A stretch of 63,023 nucleotides of DNA from Verrucomicrobiota bacterium (GTDB lineage Bacteria; Verrucomicrobiota; Verrucomicrobiia; Limisphaerales; UBA11358). Shown one piece after another: positions 28,265 to 38,949 of this stretch (position 1 is the stretch's first letter; every line of letters starts with the position of its first letter). The position numbers were made by a program, and so were the translations under genes. Below the pieces are notes generated by a model. It did not search any database and was not told where the DNA came from. It saw nothing but the letters and a program-made list of their open reading frames with translations. Location: assembly GCA_028873125.1 (NCBI GenBank), contig JAGWMQ010000004.1, positions 1 to 63,023 of the forward strand, read 5' to 3'.

Positions 28265-29383
28265 ATGAAAAAAATCCTGGTCATAGACGATGAGGAATGG
28301 CTGCGTGAGATGGTGCACATGGCGCTGCGGCAGAAGGGGTATGAAGTCGTCGAGGCGGGCAACGGCGCGGACGGCATTGAAATCGCCCGCAAGGAACTGC
28401 CCGATCTGATCCTCTGCGACATCAACATGCAGAAGGTGGACGGCTATTTGACGCTGTCTTCGCTGCGCAACGAATCCCCGACCGCCGCCATTCCCTTCAT
28501 CCTGATGACCGGCCTGGCCGACAACGCCGGCATGCGGCACGGCATGGAGCTGGGCGCCGATGACTACCTGGCCAAGCCGTTCACGACGGACGACCTTTAT
28601 GCCGCCGTGGAGGCGCGCCTCAAAAAGGCGCAGGCCGTGCGCGAGGAGGCCGAGCGCAAGCTCGCCACCCTGCGCGACAACATCAGCCTGATGCTGCCGC
28701 ACGAATTGCGCACCCCGCTCAACGGCATCCTGGCCTACGGCGAAATCCTCACTGAAGACGCCCCGTCCCTCAAAACCGACGACATCGTCGAGATGGGGCG
28801 GGTGATCCATCAGTCGGGCAAACGCCTGGAACGGCTCATCGAAAACTTCCTGATTTACGCGCAACTCGAAATGGTTGCGGCCGACCCGCAGAGCGTCAGC
28901 GCCCTGCGCATTGGCCGCACCGGGCACGCCGCCCCGCTCGTTGAGAAGCGCGCCACGGCGCAGGCGGCGCTGGCCAACCGTTCCCAGGACCTGACCAGCG
29001 AACTGGCGGACGTGGCCGTGCCGATGGTCGAGGAATATCTGGGCAAGATCGTGGATGAACTGACCCAGAACGCCTTCAAGTTTTCCAAGGCCGGCTCGCC
29101 GGTGACCGTGCAGTTGAGCGAAACCTCCAATACTGTCATTCTTACCTTCAGCGACCGGGGCCGGGGTTTTTCGTCCGAACAAGCCAGCCGGGTCGGCGCC
29201 TACATGCAGTTCGACCGGAAGATGCACGAGCAGCAGGGGCTGGGATTGGGACTGACCATCGCCAAACGGCTCGTCGAACTGCACGGCGGCTCGCTGGCCA
29301 TCGAGGGCCAGAAGGACGTCGGCGCCACCATCATCGTCAAGCTGCCCCAACCCAAGCCGGACGAAACCGCTCCGGCCGATTGA
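28265..29383 (+). CDS. Soluble hybrid sensor: N-terminal receiver followed by a HisKA/HATPase histidine kinase
   Basis: REC (ILVIDDE...DINMQKVDG...KPF), H-box LPHELRTPLNGI, G-boxes DRGRGF and GLGLGLTI. No TM segments. Confidence 0.9.
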   Translation: MKKILVIDDEEWLREMVHMALRQKGYEVVEAGNGADGIEIARKELPDLILCDINMQKVDGYLTLSSLRNESPTAAIPFILMTGLADNAGMRHGMELGADDYLAKPFTTDDLYAAVEARLKKAQAVREEAERKLATLRDNISLMLPHELRTPLNGILAYGEILTEDAPSLKTDDIVEMGRVIHQSGKRLERLIENFLIYAQLEMVAADPQSVSALRIGRTGHAAPLVEKRATAQAALANRSQDLTSELADVAVPMVEEYLGKIVDELTQNAFKFSKAGSPVTVQLSETSNTVILTFSDRGRGFSSEQASRVGAYMQFDRKMHEQQGLGLGLTIAKRLVELHGGSLAIEGQKDVGATIIVKLPQPKPDETAPAD

Positions 29384-29417
29384 TGCCGCCGGCGAAATGG
29401 CGCGCCGACCCGTCCCG

Positions 29418-30248
29418 TCACTGCGGCAGGCGCGCGTAGAGCAGGCTGAGACCGCGTCCGGCAAACTGGGCGATGAAAAAGACAAGGACGATTCCCGCCA
29501 CAGGCGCAAAATCCACCTTGCCCACGCGCAGCGGGATCTTTCCCAGCGGCTTCAACAGCGTTTGCGCCGTCGCGCTCACGTAAATCCAGAACGGGTGTCT
29601 GCCGAAGTAGATGTAGCTGTTCAAAAGACGCAGCGCCAGCAGCGCGCCGATGAGGAATTTCCAGGTCAGATAGCCGGCCAGCCCGATGAGGAGCGACTCT
29701 TCCGGGCGGTGGGCGGCCGAAACGGGTCCGGGCAGGACGTGCAGGCGCTCCAGGAGCCAGCTCGCCGGCCACCAAAGAACCGCGGCGCCGAGGAGCGGCA
29801 GACCGCATTTCATCGCGGCCGGCCAGCGGTCCATTCCCCCCAATTGCATCCGCACCAGTTGGTGAAACGGCTCCGGCCCCTTCAGGATGGATAGCAGCAG
29901 GAGCCACAGATAAAAAATGCCGAGCGTCAGCCCGAAGCTCAAAAGCGAGAACACAAGGATTTTGGCGAACCAATCGCTGCGGAACGAAAGCGCGATCACG
30001 CCCAGGTCCAGCGTCCCGGACCAGTGCGCGGCGGGCCCGATCTGCCAGTAAAGCAGCGCGCGAAAAAAAAGCAGCGCGACCAGGGCGAGGGGCTGGCGCC
30101 AGCGCCGCAGTCGGCGCGTGTCCGCGCTCCGCAACGTGCCGATCAACGTGGCTGGCCGCCGCCTGCCCAGCGGATCGAAGCGCGCGGAACGCCAGTTCAT
30201 CCACAGCAACAGACCGGCGAGGTTCAGGATAAGGTCAATCAGGCTCAT
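29418..30248 (-). CDS. Polytopic membrane protein, YggT-like C-terminus
   Basis: 276 aa with multiple TM helices. The C-terminal ...LLKPLGKIPLRVGKVDFAPVAGIVLVFFI resembles the YggT repeat. Confidence 0.55.
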   Translation of the reverse strand: MSLIDLILNLAGLLLWMNWRSARFDPLGRRRPATLIGTLRSADTRRLRRWRQPLALVALLFFRALLYWQIGPAAHWSGTLDLGVIALSFRSDWFAKILVFSLLSFGLTLGIFYLWLLLLSILKGPEPFHQLVRMQLGGMDRWPAAMKCGLPLLGAAVLWWPASWLLERLHVLPGPVSAAHRPEESLLIGLAGYLTWKFLIGALLALRLLNSYIYFGRHPFWIYVSATAQTLLKPLGKIPLRVGKVDFAPVAGIVLVFFIAQFAGRGLSLLYARLPQ

Positions 30249-30323
30249 GAAAGGGACAAGCGATGGATGTCCGGTGGCAGGAACGGAATGTTGAGCCTTG
30301 CCGTTCCAGTCACGAGTCGCGCG

Positions 30324-31226
30324 TCACATCATCCGCAGCAGTGTGTCAGCCATTTCGCTCGGCGTGGCGGCCACGCCAACGCCCGCCTCCCGGAACGCCG
30401 CGATTTTGGCCGCCGCCGTGCCCTTGCCGCCGCTGATGATGGCGCCCGCGTGGCCCATGCGGCGCCCAGGCGGCGCCGTGGCGCCGGCTATGAAGCCGGC
30501 GACCGGTTTCTTGCAATTCGTCTTGATCCATCCGGCGGCCTCTTCCTCGGCGCTGCCGCCGATTTCGCCAATCATGATGATGCCGTGCGTGTCGGGATCC
30601 TCGTTGAACAGCTTGATGATGTCCAGGTGGGACATGCCGGGCACCGGATCGCCGCCGATGCCGACGCAGGTGCTTTGGCCCGCGCCGCGGCAGGTCAATT
30701 GCCAGACCGCTTCGTACGTCAGCGTGCCGCTGCGCGAGACGACGCCGACGTGGCCCTTTTTGTGGATGTAGCCCGGGGCGATGCCGATGCGGCAGCCGCC
30801 ATGCGAATCCTTGCCGTCGCCGGGCGTGACGATGCCGGGACAATTCGGCCCGATGAGCCGCGTGTTGGCGTTGCCGGCCATTGCGCGCTTCACCCGGATC
30901 ATGTCGCGTGTCGGAATGCCTTCGGTGATGCAGACGACGATTTCGAGTCCGGCGTCCACACTTTCCAGAATGGCGTCCGCGGCAAACGCCGCCGGCACAA
31001 AAATCGCGCTCGCCGTGGCGCCGGTCTGTTTCACGGCGTCAGCCACCGTGTCAAAGATGGGAACGCGCCTGCCGCCGTGCTCGAAAAATTGCCCCCCTTT
31101 GCCGGGCGTGACCCCGGCGACGACCCGTGAGCCGTAATCAATCGAGAGTTGCGCATGCCGGGCGCCAAAGCTGCCCGTGATGCCCTGGATGAGAACCTTG
31201 GTGTCGGGTTTGACGAGGATGGACAT
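30324..31226 (-). CDS. sucD: Succinate--CoA ligase subunit alpha
   Basis: 300 aa. [19 protein letters not shown] (phospho-His loop), GIGGDP. Confidence 0.95.
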   Translation of the reverse strand: MSILVKPDTKVLIQGITGSFGARHAQLSIDYGSRVVAGVTPGKGGQFFEHGGRRVPIFDTVADAVKQTGATASAIFVPAAFAADAILESVDAGLEIVVCITEGIPTRDMIRVKRAMAGNANTRLIGPNCPGIVTPGDGKDSHGGCRIGIAPGYIHKKGHVGVVSRSGTLTYEAVWQLTCRGAGQSTCVGIGGDPVPGMSHLDIIKLFNEDPDTHGIIMIGEIGGSAEEEAAGWIKTNCKKPVAGFIAGATAPPGRRMGHAGAIISGGKGTAAAKIAAFREAGVGVAATPSEMADTLLRMM

Positions 31227-31249
31227 GGGAGATAGGTGATTTCAGACTG

Positions 31250-31266
31250 GCGATTTACGATTTTCG
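31250..31266 (-). repeat. AATCGTAAATC-type unit in the sucD leader
   Basis: The minus strand reads CGAAAATCGTAAATCGC about 20-40 nt upstream of the sucD ATG. A related TAATTACGATTTCGG lies at 31373-31387. Confidence 0.7.
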
Positions 31267-31413
31267 TTTGTGAATGAAAATTCTGTTTCCGTCCGGATCG
31301 AAAATGACGGCAAACCGGCAGACCCTTCGCAAAAGGCGCGGGCGCGTTGGATGTTGGTGACCGGCGCGCCGGTAATTACGATTTCGGTGATCATTTCAGC
31401 CTTCCGGACATTG

Positions 31414-32619
<1,206 letters not shown>

Positions 32620-32754
32620 TGCAAAACGAAGCGGCATTAAAAACGATTGCCGGCGGAAATCAAACTTTTGTTCGTGGAAAAATTGAAGCATCCACGCGTC
32701 CGGACAGGCTCCGGTCCGCGGTTTCCTGCTTCAACTCGCGGGCGCCGCGGTGGT

Positions 32755-33600
32755 TCAGCGTCCCTTCGCGGAAAGCGCTTCTTTCAGCCAGCCAACCAGC
32801 TCCTGCTGACAGGCCGGATCCAATTTTGCCCAATTGGCGATGTTGTGGCCGGCGCCTTTGATGAAATAGAGTTCACAAGGCACGCCGTCGGCCTTGAGCC
32901 GGGCGGCAAAATTCCGGGTTTGCGGCGGCGGAACGGTTTTGTCCGCGTCGCCCTGCATCAGGAGAAACGGTGGCAACCCGGGTTTGACGTGCTCGATCGG
33001 CGAGAGTTGTCGGAGCAGTTTCCACGTTCCGGCATCCAGGGCGTCGCGGCCCAGGACATTGCGCATGGCGGACCATCGGCCAATCTCACCGCGGCGTTTC
33101 ATTTCCGTGACCAAGTCCGTCGGCGGCGCGAGGCCCACGACCGCCTGCACGCGCGTGGCCGGGGTGGCGAGTGTGGCGGCCAGGCAAACCAGATGGCCGC
33201 CCGCCGAATAGCCCAGGAGTGCGATGCGTCCGGGGGCGCCTTTATACTCGGCGGCGTGGGCCTTGACCCAGCGGATGGCGGCCTGCACGTCGTCGAAGCA
33301 GGCGGGCCAGCGGTTTGTGGGCGCGAGGCGGTAATCAATCGAAAACCAGACAAACCGGTGAGCCGTCAGCAACTTCAAGATCGGCGCGAAATCGCCTTTG
33401 CCAGATTTGTCGCCGACACACCAACCGCCGCCATGCACGGCGAGGACCACTGGAAACGGCCCCATGCCATCCGGCACGTTCGCGTCCAGCCGCAAGACCC
33501 GGCCGCCGACTTTCTCGTAGGGGATGTTCCGTTCGAGGCCGGCGTGAACGGTGCCGGCCAGGAGCGTCGTGGCCAGGAAGAAGATCGAGGCGGATTTCAT
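32755..33600 (-). CDS. Secreted alpha/beta hydrolase (esterase; HGGGW / GYSAGG type)
   Basis: Signal peptide from ATG 33600. HGGGW oxyanion motif and GYSAGG nucleophile elbow. Its start overlaps the stop of the upstream pectinesterase (ATGA). Confidence 0.85.
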   Translation of the reverse strand: MKSASIFFLATTLLAGTVHAGLERNIPYEKVGGRVLRLDANVPDGMGPFPVVLAVHGGGWCVGDKSGKGDFAPILKLLTAHRFVWFSIDYRLAPTNRWPACFDDVQAAIRWVKAHAAEYKGAPGRIALLGYSAGGHLVCLAATLATPATRVQAVVGLAPPTDLVTEMKRRGEIGRWSAMRNVLGRDALDAGTWKLLRQLSPIEHVKPGLPPFLLMQGDADKTVPPPQTRNFAARLKADGVPCELYFIKGAGHNIANWAKLDPACQQELVGWLKEALSAKGR

Positions 33601-34676
33601 AAATTTGTGGCGGAAAGACTTTTCGTCGCACGAGCAGGAGAAATCACCGGCGGAAACTGCGCGAGAACGGCTTGCGGATTCCAGCCGTCCGCGCCACCCA
33701 GAACCTTTTCCACGGTGACGGCCCTGGCTTCCTGCGCCGTCAACTGTCGCGCCCACGGCGCGCGTGCCTGCGGATCGGCGCCGGGACCGCGGCTGTTGAA
33801 TTCGGCGTAGCGCGCCGTTTTTTCACGCGCCGGGTCTTGCCAATTGTTCCAGCCCACCGGCCGGACGGCGCCGGACATTTCCGTGTTCAAAAAGGTGACG
33901 CTGGCAAAGGCCCGCCACGGGCGGCCCAAATAGGTTTTCACACCGGGATTGGCGCCGGTGATCTGGCAGTGCGAGAAGACGTAGCCGAAGGGATGGCCTG
34001 CCGGCGTCGAAGCCGCGGTGATGTAGCCGTTGCCCAAGCAATCAATCCGGCAATGGTCGTAAAATTCCGTGGCTGCGCCAAAAATGAAATCCACCGCCCC
34101 GGCGACGAAGCAATTCGTGAAATACTGCCGCCCGCGGTCGCAAAAAATCGTGTCCTGCCAGCCCGCAAACCGGCAATTGCTGAAGACGAGGCGGTCCCCG
34201 TCCAGCCGCACCGCCAGTGCCTGGCCTTTGGGGCCGGCGGAGTTCTGGAAGGTCAGGTTTTCGGCGACAAAATTGTCGGCATCAATCACCGTCGAGGGCG
34301 TGCGGAAGGTGCCGATGGGCTTGCCGTCGGCCCCGGGCAGGTTCGCATGCAAGCCATAGGTTAGCTCGGTTTTCTCCGGGTCTTCGCCCACAAGCCGGAC
34401 GAAGTTTTTTTCGCGCTGGACGTAAATCAGTTCCTTATAGACGCCCGGCTTGATGCGAATGACGCACCAGTTGTCAGGACCGGTGTTTTGCGGCGCGGGA
34501 TCAATCGCCGCCTGCACGCTCCGGAACTGTCCGCTGCCGTCGGCGGCGACGACCAAAGTAGTCTCCGCGCGGCCGTTCCGAGCGCCGAACAGCAGCATTC
34601 CCGTCGCCAGCCCCGCGCACCAGACGCATGAAAGGGGCATTTGGTTTTTGCCGGGAATCCGTGTCGAACCAGTCAT
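33597..34676 (-). CDS. Pectinesterase (carbohydrate esterase family 8)
   Basis: GQALAV, GWQDTIF and GAVDFIFG catalytic-region motifs, plus a signal peptide. Start uncertain (ATG 34676 or 34640). Confidence 0.87.
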   Translation of the reverse strand: MTGSTRIPGKNQMPLSCVWCAGLATGMLLFGARNGRAETTLVVAADGSGQFRSVQAAIDPAPQNTGPDNWCVIRIKPGVYKELIYVQREKNFVRLVGEDPEKTELTYGLHANLPGADGKPIGTFRTPSTVIDADNFVAENLTFQNSAGPKGQALAVRLDGDRLVFSNCRFAGWQDTIFCDRGRQYFTNCFVAGAVDFIFGAATEFYDHCRIDCLGNGYITAASTPAGHPFGYVFSHCQITGANPGVKTYLGRPWRAFASVTFLNTEMSGAVRPVGWNNWQDPAREKTARYAEFNSRGPGADPQARAPWARQLTAQEARAVTVEKVLGGADGWNPQAVLAQFPPVISPARATKSLSATNL

Positions 34677-34879
34677 TGCACTTTCATAAACGCTCGCCAG
34701 AGTTTTGCGGGCGACAATTTCCGGCCTTCGTCCGCCGCTTGGCAAGGCAATTTACCAGCGTGAGACCCATTTCGCGCGGGATTTTTCGTTGCCGTCCGGG
34801 CCATCCAGGGCCAATTTGATGGCGAACAGGCCTTCAAAGGAATCTGAGCCTGGGAACAAGGCTTAACGACTTAACGACG

Positions 34880-36346
34880 TTGGAAAGGCAGGGGACTGCC
34901 GTGAGCACACTCGACAAACGATCAGGCCGGGCCGAAGACGCCTTGCGCGAAAGCGAAAAGCGGCTGCGGGCCATCTGGGAGACCGCCGTCGAAGGGATCA
35001 TCACCATTGACGAGCAGGGCGTCATCGAATCGCTCAATCCCGCCGCCTGCCGCATCTTCGGTTACACGCCGGTGGAAGTCATCGGACGCAACGTCAGCAC
35101 GTTGATGCCGTCGCCCGACCGGGAGCGGCACGACAGTTACCTGGCGAACTATTTGCGCACCGGACACGCCAAGATCATCGGCATCGGCCGCGAAGTGACC
35201 GGCCTGCGCAGGGACGGCACGACCTTTCCGATGGACCTGTCCGTGAGCGAAGTGCGGCTGGGTGAGCGGCGCCTCTTCAGCGGCCTGGTGCGCGACATCA
35301 GCGAGCGCAAACAGGCGGAAGCGGCGCTCCGTGAAGGCGAACAGCGGTTGCGGGCCATCATGGAGACCGCGGTTGACGGCATCATCACCATTGACGAGCG
35401 CGGCCTCATCGAATCGCTCAACCCGGCGGCTTGCCGGATTTTTGGCTACGAACTGCGGGAATTGCTCGGGCGGAACGTGAAGGTGTTGATGCCTCCGCCC
35501 TATCACGAGCAGCACGATGGCTATTTGACCCGGTATCTGCACACCGGCGAAGCCCGGATCATCGGCATCGGCCGCGAGGTGACCGGCCTGCGCCAAGACG
35601 GCACGACGTTCCCAATGCACTTGTCCGTTTGCGAGGTGCGGCTGGGCGAGCGCCGCCTGTTCACGGGGTTTGTCCGCGACATTTCCGAGCGCCGGCAATT
35701 GGAGCAGGCGGTGGCCGCGGCCGCGGAGCAGGAGCGGGCACACCTCGCGCGGGAGTTGCACGACGGCCTGGGACAGCAACTCGGCGGGCTGCTGTTCATG
35801 ATGAACGGATTGTGTCGTGATCTGCAGTCGGCCCGCGCCCGAGAAGCGGAAACCGCGAAGCAGCTTTCCCAGGAACTGGCCACCGCCATCGCCCAGGCGC
35901 GCGCCTTGTCCCACGAACTCTACGCCGTTCCGCCGGAGCCGGACGGTTTGGCGGAGGCGCTCGGCAATCTGGCCGACCGCGTTGCCGGCGATGGCGGCGT
36001 CGCGTGCGCCTTTAAGGGTGAAACGTCCATTCTGGTGCATCAGCCGGCCACGGCGAGCCATCTTTACCGCATCACCCAGGAAGCCGTGCAAAACGCCCTC
36101 AAGCACAGCCGCGCCACGCGGATTGAAATCGAGATGGCCCTGTCTGCCGGCGGCCTGACCCTCGCCGTGCGCGACAACGGCATCGGATTTCCAGCGCAAC
36201 GCAGTTCGCAGGGCATCGGCCTCCACACCATGGAACAACGCGCCAAACTCATCAGCGGCCAGTTGACCGCCCGGGCCCGGCCGGAAGGCGGGGTGGAAGT
36301 GATTTGCTCCGTCCCGGAAACGATGCTCGCAAAGACAGCGAAATGA
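34880..36346 (+). CDS. Cytoplasmic PAS-PAS sensor histidine kinase (HisKA_3/NarX-like)
   Basis: Two near-identical PAS modules, H-box ARELHDGLGQQL, HATPase_c (VRDNGIGF, GIGLHTM). TTG start. Confidence 0.92.
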   Translation: MERQGTAVSTLDKRSGRAEDALRESEKRLRAIWETAVEGIITIDEQGVIESLNPAACRIFGYTPVEVIGRNVSTLMPSPDRERHDSYLANYLRTGHAKIIGIGREVTGLRRDGTTFPMDLSVSEVRLGERRLFSGLVRDISERKQAEAALREGEQRLRAIMETAVDGIITIDERGLIESLNPAACRIFGYELRELLGRNVKVLMPPPYHEQHDGYLTRYLHTGEARIIGIGREVTGLRQDGTTFPMHLSVCEVRLGERRLFTGFVRDISERRQLEQAVAAAAEQERAHLARELHDGLGQQLGGLLFMMNGLCRDLQSARAREAETAKQLSQELATAIAQARALSHELYAVPPEPDGLAEALGNLADRVAGDGGVACAFKGETSILVHQPATASHLYRITQEAVQNALKHSRATRIEIEMALSAGGLTLAVRDNGIGFPAQRSSQGIGLHTMEQRAKLISGQLTARARPEGGVEVICSVPETMLAKTAK

Positions 36347-37080
36347 GCCGCCCGGAAACAACGTCAAACCGTGCCGCGTCCGGAGCCAGGCGGCAAAAGG
36401 AAGCCTCCTCAAACTCCGGGAAACGACGGAGGGTTCTGCTGGTGGACGATCATCCCCTGATGCGGCGTGGGCAGGCCGATCTGCTGAACCGCGAGCCGGA
36501 TTTGGAGGTGTGCGGCGAAGCCGGGACGGCGTGCGAAGCGATGGAGGCGATTGCCAGGCTCAAACCGGACCTGGTGCTGGTGGACATGGCGCTCCCGGAC
36601 AAAGATGGCTTGGAACTTATCAAGGACATGCAAGCCTTTCATCCCGGGCTGCCCACCCTGGCCATGTCCATGCAGGACGAAACCCTCTACGCGGCGCGCG
36701 TCCTGCGGGCCGGCGGCCGGGGCTACGTGATGAAACAGGAAGGGCCCGAGCGGCTGGCGGCGGCCGTTCGCACCGTCTTGAGCGGCCAGGTCGCGCTGAG
36801 TCCGCGCATGTCGGCGCAGCTTCTTGAATCCATGGTCGGCCCGCCGGGCAAAACGGGCGGCGGCCCCGAAGCCAGGTTGACCGACCGGGAATTGGAGATT
36901 CTGCGCCAGTTTGGCGGCGGTTGGAGCACGGAGGAAATCGCCCAACGCCTTCATCTCAGCCCCAAGACCGTGGACGTGCATCGCGCCCACATCAAGGAAA
37001 AGCTGGGCTTCAAAACCACGCCGGAATTTCAACGTTTCGCCATCCGGTGGGTCGCCTCGCAAGGCGGGCCGGTGGCGTAG
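36343..37080 (+). CDS. NarL/LuxR-family response regulator
   Basis: REC (VLLVDDHPLMR...DLVLVDMALPD) plus LuxR HTH (LTDRELEILRQ...KTVDVHRAHIKEKLG). The ATG overlaps the kinase TGA. Confidence 0.92.
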   Translation: MSRPETTSNRAASGARRQKEASSNSGKRRRVLLVDDHPLMRRGQADLLNREPDLEVCGEAGTACEAMEAIARLKPDLVLVDMALPDKDGLELIKDMQAFHPGLPTLAMSMQDETLYAARVLRAGGRGYVMKQEGPERLAAAVRTVLSGQVALSPRMSAQLLESMVGPPGKTGGGPEARLTDRELEILRQFGGGWSTEEIAQRLHLSPKTVDVHRAHIKEKLGFKTTPEFQRFAIRWVASQGGPVA

Positions 37081-37273
37081 CTGGCGGTCCCGCAACTGCC
37101 GCCCCCGCTGCATTTCACCCGGAAGCTCCTCAGGCGGGCCAGGCTCCCGTGACCCTTGGAGAATCGCCCGGAGCGCATAAGCAATTCCTTTAGGCGTGAT
37201 GGCTTCCCAGCCCTATCTGCGTTTCGCGTTCCCACCAATAGGCGGGCGTTGATTTTCGCCGTAAACTGTCCGC

Positions 37274-38320
37274 ATGAATTCGAGGAAAACTCAAATGGAT
37301 TTCAGTGATCCGGTCACGCGGACAATGGCGCATCCATGCTTGACGCCGTTCCCGCGGCGCGGCGCTCAGGAGGTCATCGAAGTGGATTTTAACCGAAATT
37401 GCGCCCCTTCCACGGATGCGGCGCCGGCCTCCATGTCCAATGACCAACTGGTCGAGGCGCTGGCTGCCTCCATCACGTTCCGCGAGTACCGGCGCGCCTT
37501 CGAGGAGGCCACGGGAATGCCGCTGGCCTTGCGCGCCGTGGGCGGCTGGCAACTGGCTCATGGCGGCAACCGCCGCCAGAATGCCTTTTGCGCGTTGATG
37601 TCCCGGACAAGCCGGTCCTGCGCCGCCTGCCTGCGGGCCCAGCAACGGGTCTGCGACGGCGTCAATGGCGTGCCCTGCACGTTGAACTGCCCCTTCGGCA
37701 TCACCGAAACGGCGGTGGGGGTCAAAATCGGCCGGGAAATCATCGCTTATCTCCAGACGGGACAGGTCCTTTTCAAACCGCCGACGCCGCGGCAGACCGG
37801 CCGGGCCATTCAGCAACTGCGGGAATGGGCGCCGGACGTGGACCTGAACGAAGCGGGGCGGCGCTACAACGAAACCCCCGTGGTGCGCCGGAACGAGTAT
37901 GAGGCCGTGGTGCGGCTGCTCCAATTCTTCGCCGACCAACTGGGCGCGCTGGCCAACCAGATTGTCCTGCAGCAGAAGGACGTCGAACCGGCGCAAATCA
38001 CGCGGGCGCGCCAGTTCATTGAAACCCATTACCAGGAAGACCTTTCGCTGACCGCCGTGGCCCGCGAGGCCGGGATGAGCCAGTTCTACTTCTGCAAAAC
38101 GTTCAAGAAGGCTACCGGACTCAAGTTCAGCCATTACGTCTGCCGCGTGCGCGTGGAAAAGGCCAAGAACCTTCTACTCAACCCCAATTACCGGATCAGC
38201 GAAATCGCCTACGAGGTCGGCTTCCAGTCCCTGACGCATTTCAACCGCGTTTTCAAAACCATCGCCGGCTGCTCGCCCACGGAATTTCGCCGGCAACTGC
38301 CCGGCGCCTCAAGGCCGTGA
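37274..38320 (+). CDS. AraC-family transcriptional regulator with a PocR-like sensory domain
   Basis: Cys-rich PocR-like N-terminal domain (FCALMSRTSRSCAACL...CTLNCPFGITE) and a C-terminal AraC HTH pair (SLTAVAREAGMSQFYFCKTFKK..., ISEIAYEVGFQSLTHFNRVFK). Confidence 0.87.
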   Translation: MNSRKTQMDFSDPVTRTMAHPCLTPFPRRGAQEVIEVDFNRNCAPSTDAAPASMSNDQLVEALAASITFREYRRAFEEATGMPLALRAVGGWQLAHGGNRRQNAFCALMSRTSRSCAACLRAQQRVCDGVNGVPCTLNCPFGITETAVGVKIGREIIAYLQTGQVLFKPPTPRQTGRAIQQLREWAPDVDLNEAGRRYNETPVVRRNEYEAVVRLLQFFADQLGALANQIVLQQKDVEPAQITRARQFIETHYQEDLSLTAVAREAGMSQFYFCKTFKKATGLKFSHYVCRVRVEKAKNLLLNPNYRISEIAYEVGFQSLTHFNRVFKTIAGCSPTEFRRQLPGASRP

Positions 38321-38321
38321 A

Positions 38322-38777
38322 ATGAAGGCCGCCCCAAAGCCTCCAGCGCCCGCCAAGGCACGACGCGTGAAGCGCCGGGTCTTTGTCATCGAGGATCACG
38401 CCTTGATGCGGCGCAGCATCGTCGGCGCCATCCAGCGCGAACCGGATTTTACGGTCTGCGGCGAGGCGGAGGACGCGCCGGAGGCGTTGCCCGCCATCCT
38501 GTCCCTGCAACCCGACCTGGTCCTGACCGACATCCGGCTCAAATCCTCCAGCGGCTTGGACCTGATCAAGGCGCTTCGCGAGCGGCACCCGGAAATTCCG
38601 ATCATCGCCACCACGATGTTCGATGCGCGGCAAACCGAGCGGCTGGCCCGGGCGGCGGGCGCCTCGGCCTTCGTGGCGAAACAGGATGGCGCGGAACAAT
38701 TGGTGGCAATCGTCCGCCAAACCCTGGACGCCGCCAAGGACCAGGGCGACCGCCCGGAGCTGCGCGGCGCGCCATGA
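38322..38777 (+). CDS. Stand-alone response-regulator receiver protein
   Basis: 151 aa. VFVIEDHALMRR...DLVLTDIRL...SAFVAKQ. Paralogous by eye to the receiver domain at 36343. Starts 1 nt after the AraC stop. Confidence 0.85.
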   Translation: MKAAPKPPAPAKARRVKRRVFVIEDHALMRRSIVGAIQREPDFTVCGEAEDAPEALPAILSLQPDLVLTDIRLKSSSGLDLIKALRERHPEIPIIATTMFDARQTERLARAAGASAFVAKQDGAEQLVAIVRQTLDAAKDQGDRPELRGAP

Positions 38778-38949
38778 CCACGCCTGCGAAGGCAACCAAA
38801 GATTTCGCGTGATTTTTGCGTCGGCGGGGTAGAATTAAAACCGTCGCCGCCATCCCGCCGTCCGGGCGTGAACAACGGCCGGCAAGAATTGGCGTGAAAA
38901 TGCCAAAAACGGCCGGGCGGACTTCGGCTGACTGGTTGACAATCAAAAC

